This document shows positions 23,407-35,701 of a DNA stretch of 64,000 bases, one piece after another (positions within the stretch are counted from its first letter, which is position 1; every line of letters begins with the position of its first letter). The DNA is from Rhizodiscina lignyota (lineage: Eukaryota). The notes under the pieces were generated by a model. The model ran no database searches, was not told the DNA's origin, and worked only from the letters and a program-made list of their open reading frames with translations. The stretch covers positions 2,204,453-2,268,452 of the forward strand of contig ML978122.1 in NCBI GenBank assembly GCA_010015805.1, given 5' to 3'. The translations under genes and the position numbers were made by a program.

Positions 23407-24264
23407 TCAGTTAAGGACACCCGTGTCCCGCAAGCGGCGCCTGAACCCCTCCGCTGGCCGCGCTGTCCCAGGCTTGTAATTCTGGAGGTGCACCCTTCCC
23501 TTCTTATCCCGCGTCGGAAACAGTACCCACTTTTGGTTGTCCATTATGACACTAAAACGCAAGTCCCGCTTTACCAGTAGAGAGCCAATACTGTGGTCGC
23601 ACCTCAAAGTCCAAGTCAGGGCATCAAGAGCCGCGGACGCTTCTCGCCACATACCAATACCACGCGCAAACTCCTCTTCTGTCACATGAGAAGTTCGACA
23701 GAGCAGCTCCCACCAGCAGAATACAATTTCGGTCTGACGTGTAGCCTCCCCATGGATCCGGGCATGGTTTTCCCTGATGTGGCGGAGGAATTTCAGTATG
23801 ATTCGGTATTCGTTCTCTTGCCCGAAGTAAGGCGAGAGGCACACATAGAATCTAGCGTTTCGGAACGACATAGCAGTTTCGATGGCCAATTGGTGGTCGA
23901 AAAGATCATTCTCAGGTGTATCCTGGTATTGATAGAAGTCGTGGCCGTAAAGTTCCACCATTGCGGAGTTCTTAGGTGAAGGAGGATCTTGAACCTTTTC
24001 GAATACCCGCATTAGGCTGGCGCTCATGAAGACTATGTTGAAGAATGCTTTATCTTTGAAGACAGCCATAGCCTCGTGGTATATTTGCCAGCAAGTTAGT
24101 AGCAACTCCGTGTGCACTCTGGTTACACCTGGCTTCGCATTGTGGTTTATGTATCGGGGCCGGACGAAGCTGTTCGGGCCAAGGGGAACGAGTACTTCTT
24201 CGTAAATTTTGTTGCGAAGCTCGGAGGGGAGCAACAGGAGTTTGCAATTCGTCATGTCCATCAT
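23407..24264 (-). CDS. Hypothetical protein with F-box-like N-terminal motif
   Basis: LLLLPSELRNKIYEEVL...LLLTCWQIYHEA, typical of lineage-specific fungal F-box-like proteins. Confidence 0.65.
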   Translation of the reverse strand: MMDMTNCKLLLLPSELRNKIYEEVLVPLGPNSFVRPRYINHNAKPGVTRVHTELLLTCWQIYHEAMAVFKDKAFFNIVFMSASLMRVFEKVQDPPSPKNSAMVELYGHDFYQYQDTPENDLFDHQLAIETAMSFRNARFYVCLSPYFGQENEYRIILKFLRHIRENHARIHGEATRQTEIVFCWWELLCRTSHVTEEEFARGIGMWREASAALDALTWTLRCDHSIGSLLVKRDLRFSVIMDNQKWVLFPTRDKKGRVHLQNYKPGTARPAEGFRRRLRDTGVLN

Positions 24265-24529
24265 AGTGTTAAGGAGCTGTTGGGTGTTCCTGTGGTGAGC
24301 CTGGCACTTGTAAAAACGAAGGAGATCAGGTCAGAATATTTATAATAGCAGAAAGTGTCACTAAACGCGGATATGTTCATGTTCACCACGCTGTGTCGAA
24401 GTATGCGGAAGCCATATCGTCGATTCGCCTTCTTGTAAGGTGAAGTATCATATTCGACTATGCGTGTTGAACGTTAAGGAAGTGTCCTCCCACTCACGTC
24501 GCGTTTCGAGTGTTCCACCTCTTTTCCAC

Positions 24530-24973
24530 TCACGGCTCTTTCGTCACCATAGCCATACACTCAAACTCACACAAATATCTGTCATCAGTCATTCCGAAGA
24601 CCCTGAGAAAGCAGCTCGCAGGGCGATTCCCTTCCAACCAAGCTCCGACTTTACCTCCAATCAATTTCACCGCCGCACCTTCACCTTCCTTGACCTCATA
24701 TTCTTTGACTCCGTGCTGGCTGATGTAGTACATGAGTCTCGTGAGATCCGTCTTCTTCGCACCCGCGTCTTCGAGAATCGCCGTCAAGCGGGACAGGCAA
24801 AGATCCAGCTGAGCCTCCAGGCCGGATGGGACTACTCCCGTCTCGATGTCCTCTGCTACTTGCCCGGCGACTGTCACGAGAGTTGTCGTTGGGGAGAGAG
24901 GTGCTGTAGTGTAAGAGGAATAGAGCGGATGGGGCCTTTTAAAGGAAGATGGGTCGTGTGCAGTGGCGGGCAT
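24530..24973 (-). CDS. RidA/YjgF/Endoribonuclease L-PSP family protein
   Basis: YSS...LVTVAGQVA, EAQLDLCLSRL.AIL..AG, RPASC, LCEFECMA. Confidence 0.82.
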   Translation of the reverse strand: MPATAHDPSSFKRPHPLYSSYTTAPLSPTTTLVTVAGQVAEDIETGVVPSGLEAQLDLCLSRLTAILEDAGAKKTDLTRLMYYISQHGVKEYEVKEGEGAAVKLIGGKVGAWLEGNRPASCFLRVFGMTDDRYLCEFECMAMVTKEP

Positions 24974-25841
24974 TGTAGAGAAGTGAGTAGACTGTCAATG
25001 GTCTTTCTAGCCGTACATACACTTTTTGAAAAGTGGATATTGCTGGGGCTAATTCAGGACGATGAAGTATATTGATCCGCCGACTCGATTGAATCAATTG
25101 AAAGGAAATTAGAGAGACTTATCTCAAGACGACACTCTGCTTTATTCCACGGTAGTCGGTGTCAGACGGCGAACCAACTCTATATCTGACCAGGCCAGGG
25201 CTAGGTATTTCCGAGTTCGTAATGCAAAGACCTGTTTGCAGTAATTACTATATGCTGAGATAAGTCTAGACCGCAGTATATGCCAAGTGCAGATCTGCCG
25301 TTCAGCGGAAAGGTCTGGAAAGGCGGCCACATGGTTCTGTCAAGCCAGGCTTGGTAACTGCTAAAAAGGTTAGAGTGTCACTAGAGCAGCTTGAACTATT
25401 TACACAGGCACAGTACACGAGTCGAAAGTAATCCTTCGAGGTTACTTTACACTGTATGCTAATACGCCGTGCGGTTTAACTTCTTCAATCCAGCTCGCAG
25501 CGTACGTGGAAGGCCGTGAAGTCGCAGTTGGCCTTCTCCTACTAAGCTCACACTAGGCGCGTAAGTTCATTCCGCTGTGCACTTCACCTTCTTCCACCAA
25601 ACTCATACCACATGCGAAAGTGTACCAAGTCATGCAATCAACCTTGTTCTTCGAGTTTACACTGCTGTACAATATGGTATCCTACATTGAGCGGACGATC
25701 GTCCTTTTTCCTTTCCATCCAATTGTGCCATCTATGCTACAAAAAGCCGAAGCCGCTGCCACGGCCCCAATTTTAGAAGCAACGCCCTGCAAATGCTCAG
25801 AAATACAAGAAGTAAGGCGTGTAATATGTACAGTTTCCCCC

Positions 25842-28800
25842 TCAGGAGAAGAAATACTGACTGTCCCTCAGCCTTGTAACGTCAAAGTCACCTTTAGCTG
25901 GGACGTCTGGGAATGTAAGCGGGACCCAAAGTGGTATCTTCGGCTCCGTTTTGAACTGTTTCGTGGGCTTGGAGGTCTTGGCTCCACCCTCGGAAGGTTC
26001 CTTCGATTCCGAATCCACTGCTTCATCGATATCTGATGCGGACGCTTCCATATCAAGCGCCTCGTCGCTCTGTCCAGCCTCGTCCGCTGCAGCGGCAGCA
26101 TCACCCTGCTCTTCGCTGTTGCCCAAGCTCATAGGCGGTTCGAAAGCCTCAGCATCTCCAGCGGCCTGGAAGATGCTCGCAGCCGTGACCATGGCCTCGC
26201 CCTTCTTCCTCTCCTCCGGGTCTTTAGATCTCAACAGTTTCTGTCGCTTGTGCTCCTCCAACAGCTCCTTCATGCTCGCCTTGCTGTTGATTGCACGCAT
26301 GTTCTGCTCTGCCGGCTTTGAAGCCCTGAGCTTCTTAATGGCCTTTCCGACTGGGCTGCGCGCGTAGACATGGGTCAGGTAGATCGATTTCTTATAGCGC
26401 GCCTTGAATTCCGCTGCTAGGCGACCGATGATGTCTTCCGAGTGCATGCGTACGAATGCATCACGCAGAACACGGTTCATGACCGGGATATCTGCTGCAT
26501 GTGTCCAGAATGAATCGTGGACCGATGAGAAAGTCAGGCCAAGTTCGCTACACTTGATTGCCGAGAGCATCATGTGCGTAGCGTCGAGAGAGTGGATAAA
26601 GTTCGGAGGAAAGCCTTGAAGCTGCTTGCGCTTAGCCACAGGGTCGTTCAGCTGCGGCTCACGCAATGCAATATCTTGCATTGTTGTCCGGATCTGTCGT
26701 ACTCTTGTGGTACGATATGGCTGAACGACAGGCATCTTCAGTGGTGTGGTCCAGACAACACAAGATCGAAAATGATCAGACAGGAGCTTCCCAGCACCAT
26801 TGATACCTTTTCCCTTTCTGACAAACTTCTTGATCTTGGTAGACATTTTTGGACCGTAGTCATCGGTCTCTCCAGTTTCCTTCTTTACCATGAGCTCAAG
26901 TTGTTCCTGCGTGATGGCTGTCGAGATCCTGGCGGCACAATGACCTAGCCATCTTTGAATGTTTTGAGCACCAGTGAAGAGTGTGTCCAATGATGCGAAT
27001 ATCTTGTGAGCGATATAAGCCGAGAGTTTGTAGTTGTCGAGGGCAGGGTCTCCATCGTCCGGAATGATTTCGTCCAATTGCTTGTGAACTTGGGCACGAG
27101 CTCCGACAAAAGTCACACCATAAACGTTGGTCATGACCGTCTGTTTTACAACTTTCCGGGTAAGCTTCCCAACAAGTTTCCGCGCCATTGGGTTTTTCGC
27201 TTCTGCGTCTTTCGCGATGTGCTCTTTGACCAGTTCAGCAACCGCAGTATATATATCAGCTGGTTTGTCGCCGGGTTCCAGGTTCACTTGTCGAGCGCCT
27301 AAAGAGTCACCACCAAGAGCGGCATAATGCTGCAGACCATTGCAAGTTCCATCTTGATGAATAGGAAGATGCGAAACAAACTTTTCTGGGTTCTCCGAAT
27401 TCAAAGCGTTCTTGAGTTCGAAACAGGTCGCAAGACATTGCCAGGGATCTTCGGCCTTGAGCCACCACCTGTTTCCGCTCAGCGGGTTCGAGACGGAATC
27501 AGTGATATCGTCCATGTGTTTTATCGCGAAGTTTTCCCTATCCTCCAAACTGGCCTTGTCGAATCCAAAGACATTCGCGAGGTGAATCTTGAGCCATTTC
27601 AGACCAGTATGGCCAAGTTCCTTGCCGTTTGCAAATATCAAAAGGCCTCGTGCATTGTCAGCTCCCATGTGATTGAGATATGGAGGGATTGGATAAACTC
27701 TGCCACGAAAATCGAGATTGTGGGGGCAGTAGAAGACTTCGTGCAGATATGCGCGTGCAATTTCCATTTGGAAATTCTGAAAGCATCGTTGAGAGTGAAG
27801 GCCGGACCTTTCGTTGTTGATTACCGAAACTCTCTGCAGCCAAGCCTTGCGCGCGTCGCGATCTGTTGGGTCTTCTGGTTCGGGTGGATAAGGGATCTCT
27901 GGGTTATCGGGAGCGATCTTGGCGATTTCTTCGCCCGAATTCCACGCCTCAAGCATCACGTTGAAGACGTTTTGATTTATCCTCCATGGGACCGTCCCGA
28001 GGACGTTCAGCCCCTGGAAGACTTGGTCCATGTCGCCTTTCTCGATCGCTGCAATAGTGTACAGCTTTTGTGTGTCACTGCTCTCTTTCTGCCTGACGAG
28101 ATTGCTTGGATAATGAAAATATCCGCCGTCTTTAAAGCCAGTCCAGGCTTTCGGCTCAGCCACCATAGGAAGCCGTGCCCCGAGAATACCTCGCAGTGGT
28201 TCTCTTTTCAACTTTTCGACAATCTCGGGGTGGATGTGGACCATGCCATTGCGTCGCCCATTCTTGTAGACTGTCTCGTGTCGAAATGCATGTTCTATCT
28301 GAGGCTCAGTGGTATCACCATCGGACTTGTCGACAGTAAATTTGGCTACATCCAGGAGTTTGGACATGAGTAGTGCAGCTACTTGCGTCTTTACTTCTGT
28401 GGGCCACTCCTCCTTTTCGACATCAACGAGTCTGTGCGCAAGATCGCTCTCGAGACTAGGCCTAACCGACATGCCAGCATCAACAGAGGTTTGACGGGTC
28501 AGACCGGTCATGTTTCGAGCGACACTTTGTCGGCGCCCACTACGAGTCTTGGAATTATTTTTTTGCCGAGCACGAAGTCGGCTTTCGGAATCTAGAGCTT
28601 TTCCGATTTTGGATGTGACAGAGACGAGCTTCGCTCCAGATGCTGCACCCTGCGTCGCGAGAAATTTCATTGCCTCGATGACAGTGATGGCGGAGATGTG
28701 CTCTGCTGGTAGCGCTTCCAGGTATGGTCCATATCGAAGGCGGTGGGAGTTCTCTTCACCGCCTCCTTGTCTTGGTTTGGCAAGAGCCTCTTTCACTGCC

Positions 28801-30047
28801 TTCAATTCCTCCTTTACGGCAGGCTCTAGTGCCTTATGCCATTGCCACAAGAGCGCCGTCATTGTCTTCGATTTCAAGGCAGGTGAGATGCCCATATCAA
28901 GCATATGCTCATTCTCCACACGCCATTGCATGAGGGCCTCTTTCACGACACTCTCCTCGATGGCTTCTTGTCGCAGCCTTGTCCATTTCTTCTCCTTCTC
29001 TTTGTTCGTCAGCGCCTCGTCATGAGGAAACGGCACTGCTTCTGGATTGTCCAGGTAGTAGAGACTCTTCACAACGGTGCGAAGGCCTTCTCCTTTCTGA
29101 TCAACGGATTTCACCTGTACATCCTTTCCGGTTGCTAATCGGTGAGAGGTCAAAGTTGACGGCGCACCAGCTGCTGGAGCAGGATCATCCCCAATTAAGA
29201 GTCTGTCCGCAGAGAGACCTTGATATACTCTTTCCAAAGTATGAGCTTCCGAGTCTTCTAACTCTTCAGATGCCAACGTGTCTTCAAATAGTCCAGCGGC
29301 TTTGGCCATTGATAGGTACCTTCGCAGCGTTCGGTCTCTCCTCAATCCGCTTTGGACTGTAAGCGCAGCACGACACATTAGAGCGAATGTATCGGCGTTC
29401 GGAGGAACGGATGGCTTGAGATCCCTCTCAAACCACTTTTGAACCGCAAGTATATCTCGCGGACGAGTATCTTCGTGATCCTCAAGATCCTCTACCATTG
29501 CCCTCAGACACATGTTGTGCGCCTCAATCACTTCAGGAGCAGATGGATGGAAGGTCTCCTGAATTCGCTTGACAAGATTGCCAGCCCTTTCATATCGTCC
29601 CACCCGCAGGCAAGCATGAAGATTCTGAAAGAGCTCTGGCACATCCGCGCCAACCCCAAGAAAATTCCAGACGGCTTGTGGAGGATTCATGGCGCTGTCT
29701 TGGAGCATCAGGACCTGAGAAGCGTCCCATTGACGAAGGTTCGATTTCGAAGGATAAGGCGAGTATGACGGAGATTGTGCATTAGGTCTGTAAAGGAACG
29801 GAATCGGGTCAGGACTAGGTGTGAGGACTTCGGCAGCAGTAGCTAAAGGGCGAGTGTCTTGACGTGCGCCGGCTGCTCCTGAGTGCCGCAGGCGAAGGTG
29901 GTCCCCGAGTATAGAACGGCTTCGGGAGGCCGCGGTAGTAATACATCGTGTTTGTATTGGACATATTCGACGCGAGAGAAGCTCTGGAAAAGAGAATTGA
30001 AGACTTTTCGAGGGCGGACGATGTCGTCGCGCCGCTCGTGCGAGCAT
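25842..30047 (-). CDS. RPO41: Mitochondrial single-subunit (T7-like) RNA polymerase
   Basis: About 1400 aa; presequence MLARAARR; NLDFRGRVYP, HQDGTCNGLQHYAALG, RKVVKQTVMTNVYG, PPNFIHSLDA.HM, VHDSFWTH, C-terminal YFFS. Confidence 0.97.
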   Translation of the reverse strand: MLARAARRHRPPSKSLQFSFPELLSRRICPIQTRCITTAASRSRSILGDHLRLRHSGAAGARQDTRPLATAAEVLTPSPDPIPFLYRPNAQSPSYSPYPSKSNLRQWDASQVLMLQDSAMNPPQAVWNFLGVGADVPELFQNLHACLRVGRYERAGNLVKRIQETFHPSAPEVIEAHNMCLRAMVEDLEDHEDTRPRDILAVQKWFERDLKPSVPPNADTFALMCRAALTVQSGLRRDRTLRRYLSMAKAAGLFEDTLASEELEDSEAHTLERVYQGLSADRLLIGDDPAPAAGAPSTLTSHRLATGKDVQVKSVDQKGEGLRTVVKSLYYLDNPEAVPFPHDEALTNKEKEKKWTRLRQEAIEESVVKEALMQWRVENEHMLDMGISPALKSKTMTALLWQWHKALEPAVKEELKAVKEALAKPRQGGGEENSHRLRYGPYLEALPAEHISAITVIEAMKFLATQGAASGAKLVSVTSKIGKALDSESRLRARQKNNSKTRSGRRQSVARNMTGLTRQTSVDAGMSVRPSLESDLAHRLVDVEKEEWPTEVKTQVAALLMSKLLDVAKFTVDKSDGDTTEPQIEHAFRHETVYKNGRRNGMVHIHPEIVEKLKREPLRGILGARLPMVAEPKAWTGFKDGGYFHYPSNLVRQKESSDTQKLYTIAAIEKGDMDQVFQGLNVLGTVPWRINQNVFNVMLEAWNSGEEIAKIAPDNPEIPYPPEPEDPTDRDARKAWLQRVSVINNERSGLHSQRCFQNFQMEIARAYLHEVFYCPHNLDFRGRVYPIPPYLNHMGADNARGLLIFANGKELGHTGLKWLKIHLANVFGFDKASLEDRENFAIKHMDDITDSVSNPLSGNRWWLKAEDPWQCLATCFELKNALNSENPEKFVSHLPIHQDGTCNGLQHYAALGGDSLGARQVNLEPGDKPADIYTAVAELVKEHIAKDAEAKNPMARKLVGKLTRKVVKQTVMTNVYGVTFVGARAQVHKQLDEIIPDDGDPALDNYKLSAYIAHKIFASLDTLFTGAQNIQRWLGHCAARISTAITQEQLELMVKKETGETDDYGPKMSTKIKKFVRKGKGINGAGKLLSDHFRSCVVWTTPLKMPVVQPYRTTRVRQIRTTMQDIALREPQLNDPVAKRKQLQGFPPNFIHSLDATHMMLSAIKCSELGLTFSSVHDSFWTHAADIPVMNRVLRDAFVRMHSEDIIGRLAAEFKARYKKSIYLTHVYARSPVGKAIKKLRASKPAEQNMRAINSKASMKELLEEHKRQKLLRSKDPEERKKGEAMVTAASIFQAAGDAEAFEPPMSLGNSEEQGDAAAAADEAGQSDEALDMEASASDIDEAVDSESKEPSEGGAKTSKPTKQFKTEPKIPLWVPLTFPDVPAKGDFDVTRLRDSQYFFS

Positions 30048-30722
30048 TTCAATTACTCGCAAAAAGGGGATGAGCACGAGCTCAGATTTTTATCGCCATC
30101 GCATTGAAAGGAGTGAATAAGACAGAAAGCCGAAAACTCCTGCAAGGAGGCTGAGGTACTGCAAAGGTGGAGTGGATGCGCTGGTGTGTAGCAGATGTTA
30201 TCTCGAGGAGTTCCAAAAGCATCGCGCGACACTTTCTTTTTCATTCGGCTTTTCTTCGGCAGAAAGGCCGATCTCAAGCCACTTTGCCACAGTAACATTC
30301 CGCTCGATAAGTTCACCAAGTTTAAAGAAGGATATGTCTCGTTCGAACCGTGCACGAATGTTGCGTCCAGATATTAGAGAAGCTACCTCAATGACAGCTC
30401 CAGCACCCTAGGACCTCTACCAGTGCCAAAACCTAAGTTACTGACATTTATATCAATATTGTAATAAATGCCGAAAGGATAGATTCTGCTATCATGCAGC
30501 ATAGAGATTAGCGTTAGACTATACTCGCAGGACAGTTCTCGTATGGAGGACTATTGCTGTCGTTGGTGTTGTGAATTTGCCTTGCTCCCATTGGGCAGAG
30601 AGGCTTTTCGGAAAATCCCGCCTCTGCCATCCCGTTGTCGAACTTCATCCAAGCCCCGAAAAAAGAGCTCTCCAAGCTCTCAATCGCCTCGCAACATCCT
30701 CTCTTACCACCTCCAACCCACC

Positions 30723-31662
30723 ATGCTCACGCCCTCAGCCGCCTCCGGCGCTCTCGCGCGCACATGGACGCGGCACGCCCTCCCTAACGCCGTGCGCAGC
30801 TCCGCCGTGGCACTCTCGGCTCAGCAAAGGAGGAACGTCACTGAAGTGGCGGCCAGCAGCAGCTTCGACAGCCCGTTCAAGGGTCTCGGCAGCAGCGAGA
30901 AGACGACTAAGATCCCGAGCTTCAGCCACTATAAGAGCAGCGGGAACGAGGAGTCGAATAAGCTGTTTCAATACTTCATGGCAGGAACGTTCGGCGCGGT
31001 GACGGCAATGGGCGCAAAGGCCACGGTACAAGGTGCGTCGGTATCATATGGTATCCCCATTGGAGCAATTTGGAAGGATGGTTGAGATGTACGAGCGGTA
31101 TTTGAGCAACCAATGGCTAACGATATTTGTGTGGCAGACTTTTTGGTCAACATGTCGGCATCGGCGGATGTCTTGGCACAGGCAAAGGTTGAAGTCGACT
31201 TGGCTAGCATACCTGAGGGCAAAAACGTGAGTGCATAGAGGCGGCAGAGTACATTTCGGATGCTCATAAGTGCACAGGTTATCATCAAGTGGCGTGGCAA
31301 GCCCGTCTTCATCCGACATCGAACTGAAGACGAGATACAAGAGGCAGAAGCTGTAGACTGGCACAAGCTGCGCGACCCACAGCCAGACTCTGATCGCGTG
31401 AAGAAGCCGGAGTGGTTGATCATGCTTGGTAGGGCTACATTCTACAGTTGATGTATGGCAAGACTAACGAACATTCTTAGGCGTGTGCACACATCTCGGA
31501 TGTGTTCCCATCGGTGAGGCCGGCGACTTCGGAGGCTGGTTCTGTCCCTGCCACGGTTCACACTACGACATCTCTGGACGTGTAAGAAAGGGACCGGCGC
31601 CACTGAATCTGGAAGTGCCGGAGTACGACTTCCCCGAAGAAGAGGCTTTGGTGATTGGTTGA
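30723..31662 (+). CDS. RIP1: Cytochrome bc1 Rieske iron-sulfur subunit; 4 exons
   Basis: [28 protein letters not shown] and CPCHGSHYD. Confidence 0.97.
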
Positions 31663-32748
31663 GGTCGTGAGTGCCAGGCTGAGCGAGCCGTGTATCATAA
31701 GACTTGCCACTGTAAATTCTCTTTTCGTCACATCAAGCGTGGAAATAGACGGCTTTCGCCGGAACAACATCCCATATTTCTCAGACAAGGTGTGCATTCA
31801 ATACACTCGATCTTAAAAGCGCAACTCGAATTGCTGGCACCTACGGAGTATTGTATGGGTCTACGGTTCATTAATAAGAACAGGACCAACGACTCTGCCA
31901 ATGTCTGATTTGAACGTGGATGCGTAAAAACAAGTCATAGTTCGTTTTTCATGGCAAGTAGCCCTGCCCGTTAAGGCACGGCGATCAATGGATTGCTGTG
32001 CTTCGTGCAAGATTGCGTTAAACGCGAATGTCCATTAAGTGATGAGATTGACATTCTTCTGCCGAGCTCGTACCGTGCACAGAGACTGCTTTGGATTAGA
32101 GCACCTGGCAGCTTCGGAACGTCTGAAACAGCCAGTTTGATCAATGGCAATTAGTCAATCGGATGAATACTATTAATCTGTGCCGAGATTTATAACACTA
32201 CTGTGCTCAAGTGCCTTAACTATAGGGTTTTGCACGACGAGACAGGGCATCAGTTGCGAACCCTCCCTACGGAGTACTCCGATGGTCCTCAACGTCCTTC
32301 GAACATAATCCGAACATGTTGAACACATGTTCGAAGCTAGTAGCTAACCGGTTACTAACTAATCAGTACACTAACAGCTAACCGGTAGCTACTTCTGTAT
32401 TCAATACCTCTCTTCAGATCAAGATAATTTTACTGTAGAGGACTTCAGATATTCTCTTCCCGTTCTGTCTAAATATCCATGACGCGATATTACTTTATCT
32501 TCCGTATGATTGTGCTATGACTCTCTCGCTTGCTCTCAAAGCTCTTTCCATCTTGTGTAAAGTAAGTAATGAACCCTACTAGAACGCGGTAGGAGGAACA
32601 CCTTTTTGGGGCTCCCCTGAAATTTCTGTCTTCTCTTTCATTACATTACCTCCCACACTCCGCTCTATGCAATTCTTCTTCTTTTGTATGCAGGGACCAA
32701 TGACACTTTATTGGAATTCACTCTCTTCTCCTCTACAAATATCCAGCA

Positions 32749-33976
32749 ATGGCTTCTACGCACGACTCTCCTCCAAACTCCGACACCACCGGAAAGCGAA
32801 AGAGGGCATACTCTGTCCCAGACGTCGAGGCCACTATTCGTGATGAAATTCAAGCTGGTGTCAAAAAGATACGAGAGATCTTCACCACCGAGATATACGA
32901 ACTCAGAACGGCTGTTCAGGCCAACTCCACGCTCATTGCTGGCACTCAGCAGGCAGTCTCGATGAAACAACATACCATAGAAACGAACACAACACAACTC
33001 CTAAATACCAATAGGCGTGTCCTAAAGGCCTGGGAGGCGATTTTTCGCCTTCAGGTTAAACTTTTGAAAGCCAATAACACAACTCAAGCTACAAATTCAG
33101 AAAGAACCGTGCTACAGGAGCAAATGCAGGACGAAGACCCCTTATCAGGTCCCATAGCCCCGGACGATATCGTTCACCCAGACGACGCGAGTAGTGTGTC
33201 AGCAATACGAGCACCTCTTTCTCCGCCCAGAGATATGAATTACTCTACGATTTCCTCTACCCCATCTTTGTTCTCTACGGCGCCACCGAACCTTCCTGGA
33301 ACGATACACATCACCGGTACTGAAGACATATTGTAAAAATGCAAGTGCAGAACGGGATCTTGCGCCAACTGCAGGTGCAGTGTCAAAGGTTATATGTGCT
33401 CTGCAGCTTGTCGTTGTGGTGGCCGCACCTTTTGTGGGAGTCCGATCAACTACTTGTCAGGGGCCATTTTCGGTGCCACCACTGGCTTTCAATTAATTGT
33501 CTGTTTTCTCAAATACGTCCGAGAAAACAGGAAGAAGGGACGCACCATTGACCGCTTCCACTTGCGAGATCAACTCCTACCTATCCCTGAAGAAATGATT
33601 CGTCGCGATCCTGGACTTCAGCGCTGGCAAATAAACTGGGACAATTTCTCTGAGAATGAAAGAGATTCCTTACTTCTCCCTGAGCTGTTCAAGCTCGCAC
33701 TGACAGAGAATCCCTGTGATTTCAAATACTCTCACTGCACTAACTCCTGGGAAGGAGTGGACGATACATGTGACTACGAGGGGTACACAAGCTGTGACGT
33801 GTCACGGTTCGATCAGCGGGAGTTGTCACCGCCGCGTAGCCTCTTACCACATCGCCTGCAATAAGCTGCCTTGCGAGGCCTGCGATAGTCTTGCTTCTCG
33901 ATGGATCTTGGGGACTTTGAGTGGCATACAGGGGCATTTTGTTTTCCTTCTTGTATCTGGTGCAAACCCGACCTGA
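32749..33976 (+). pseudogene. CXC-like / Cys-His finger family, copy 1 (TAA at 33334-33336; degenerate, frameshifted C-terminus)
   Basis: Frame continues past the stop as KCKCRTGSCANCRCSVKGYMCSAACRCGGRTFCGSP...LFKLALT...YSHCTNSW; LPCEACDSLAS lies in a shifted frame. Confidence 0.7.
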
Positions 33977-34251
33977 AAGTCCAATTTGAAGCTTTTCATA
34001 ATTGCTTGGATTTGATGTCACTTGTACTCAGCCCAATTACTCGGGAAGAATCCAGTCTTGAGCGTGAAATAGAAACCATGTAAAGTAGCACTTATTCTGA
34101 TATTTGAAATTGACTGGGGGAAGCCTGAGAGTTGATACAACTTGGCCGTCGGCGCAAGTTGAATTAGTACCTTGTCAGTGTAATAAAAATATCAGCTATC
34201 TATGGGTCAATTTCAGTAAGACGCGAGTTGTGATATCGTAATAGTAATTGA

Positions 34252-34296
34252 ACGCGTTTCAGACATAACGCGTCTTTCTACCACCGTTTTACGCGT
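34252..34296. promoter_or_regulatory. Three ACGCGT (MCB-like) boxes upstream of copy 2
   Basis: ACGCGT at 34252, 34268 and 34291; ACGCGA at 34221. Confidence 0.55.
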
Positions 34297-34582
34297 TCCG
34301 GGTATTAGATGCGTAATGGTTCACATTTCGAGCTACTGCAAGGACGCCATACTACCCTGGGGCCATCCCGCGCCAAATTTAGGGGGATTATACAGTAAGA
34401 ATGAGCATAGTTCTGGAGGGGTGTATCGACGGAACGTCTCCTTAAAGCCCGCTCTCCTCCTTCATATCTCTCATGAACATTCAATCCAACTCACAACCTA
34501 CATACATTCCAAACCTTCGTAATAATCTGTCCTTTTAGAACATCCACTCATTATTCAAACTCTTTCATTCTTTTTCTGAACA

Positions 34583-35701
34583 ATGCCCAAACGAAGACGC
34601 GGCGGGCAGGCGAATTGGGACGCCTACTGGACCAGTGCTCGCATTAAAGAAACGCTGAACGCAATCTATCGTATTCAAATGGAGACAGATGTGAGCATTT
34701 CGCTTCAACACTATTGTTTTCGATGTGTCCGTCTGAAATTACCTCTCGTTTGCTGACCTTGTAAAGCGGCGCTTCCAAATAGGCCTATCGGTCGAAGATT
34801 GTATTTCTGATCGTCGAGTCCCCGGAGACATGAGGCAAGAAAGTGACCTTGAGCTAGTGTCTCGATCTATTCAGGACGATATGGACAACTTAATCCAGTT
34901 AGAGGATGAACAACATAGTTGGGCGAGCGGACAATGCACGGAGGTATGTTTCCAATAAAACTTATTGTGAGTTTGGCCGTGAAAGGAGTCTGACGATATC
35001 ATTCCCAGGTTACTATCAAACCACCCGAAACATCTACTTTCCAGAAGATGACCTGTCGTTGCAAAGGAGCCTGTAAAGGATGCAGGTGCAGCAAATGGGG
35101 AAAGGGTTGCAGTTCGTCCTGCGGCTGTGCACCAAACTCTGCCTGCCAGAATCCTTTCAATACTATCACCACCCTCTTCGAAGAATCTGAGTCTGTGCCA
35201 CAACTAAACGGTTGTTTCGTGTCCTACGTCCGCCAACAAGCTACACAGAACAACAAATGAAAAGATGGGAAAGAAGGGAATGAGATTACAGCACATTCGC
35301 TACAGCGTCTACTTCTGGGTGGAGCGTCTTACGTTACTGATCTCGATGACGCGTGCGAATTCGACGATGACCTGAAGGATTGGAAAGACAAGTGGGATAC
35401 AATGGTAGAGAATGAGAGGCCGGAGCATTTGAAGAAGCTCTTCTTCATCGCCCTCACTCAGCGGGGCAAATGGTTCTACTCGTTCTGCAGGGGTTCGTGG
35501 GAGGAGGAAGTATGCACCACGCATTGCTGGGGTTGCGGAGAGTGCGCCGACTGGAGAGAGTGGCATTGCAAGAACTGCAAGAACTGCGTTTATGGAGTAT
35601 CCAGTGCATGCGATGGCTGCGGTGGTGTTAGCAATTCGTACGATCCGTCTCGGGATAAGCCGCCGGTAGGTTCGAGAGCGGGTAGGTCAAACTCACCTTG
35701 A
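34583..35701 (+). pseudogene. CXC-like / Cys-His finger family, copy 2 (introns about 34691-34766 and 34944-35008; TGA at 35258-35260)
   Basis: MPKRRRGG...QCTE|VTIKPPE...CRCKGACKGCRCSKWGKGCSSSCGC....CQNP...QNNK*KDG...[12 protein letters not shown]...YSFCRGSW...[24 protein letters not shown]. Confidence 0.78.

Noticed and set aside
27327..28373. 348-aa + strand ORF
   Set aside because: Antisense shadow of RPO41 with no recognisable motifs
25842..30047. T7-like RNA polymerase as a phage or linear-plasmid insertion
   Set aside because: It has a mitochondrial presequence and long N-terminal extension and sits among core genes; it is the normal nuclear RPO41
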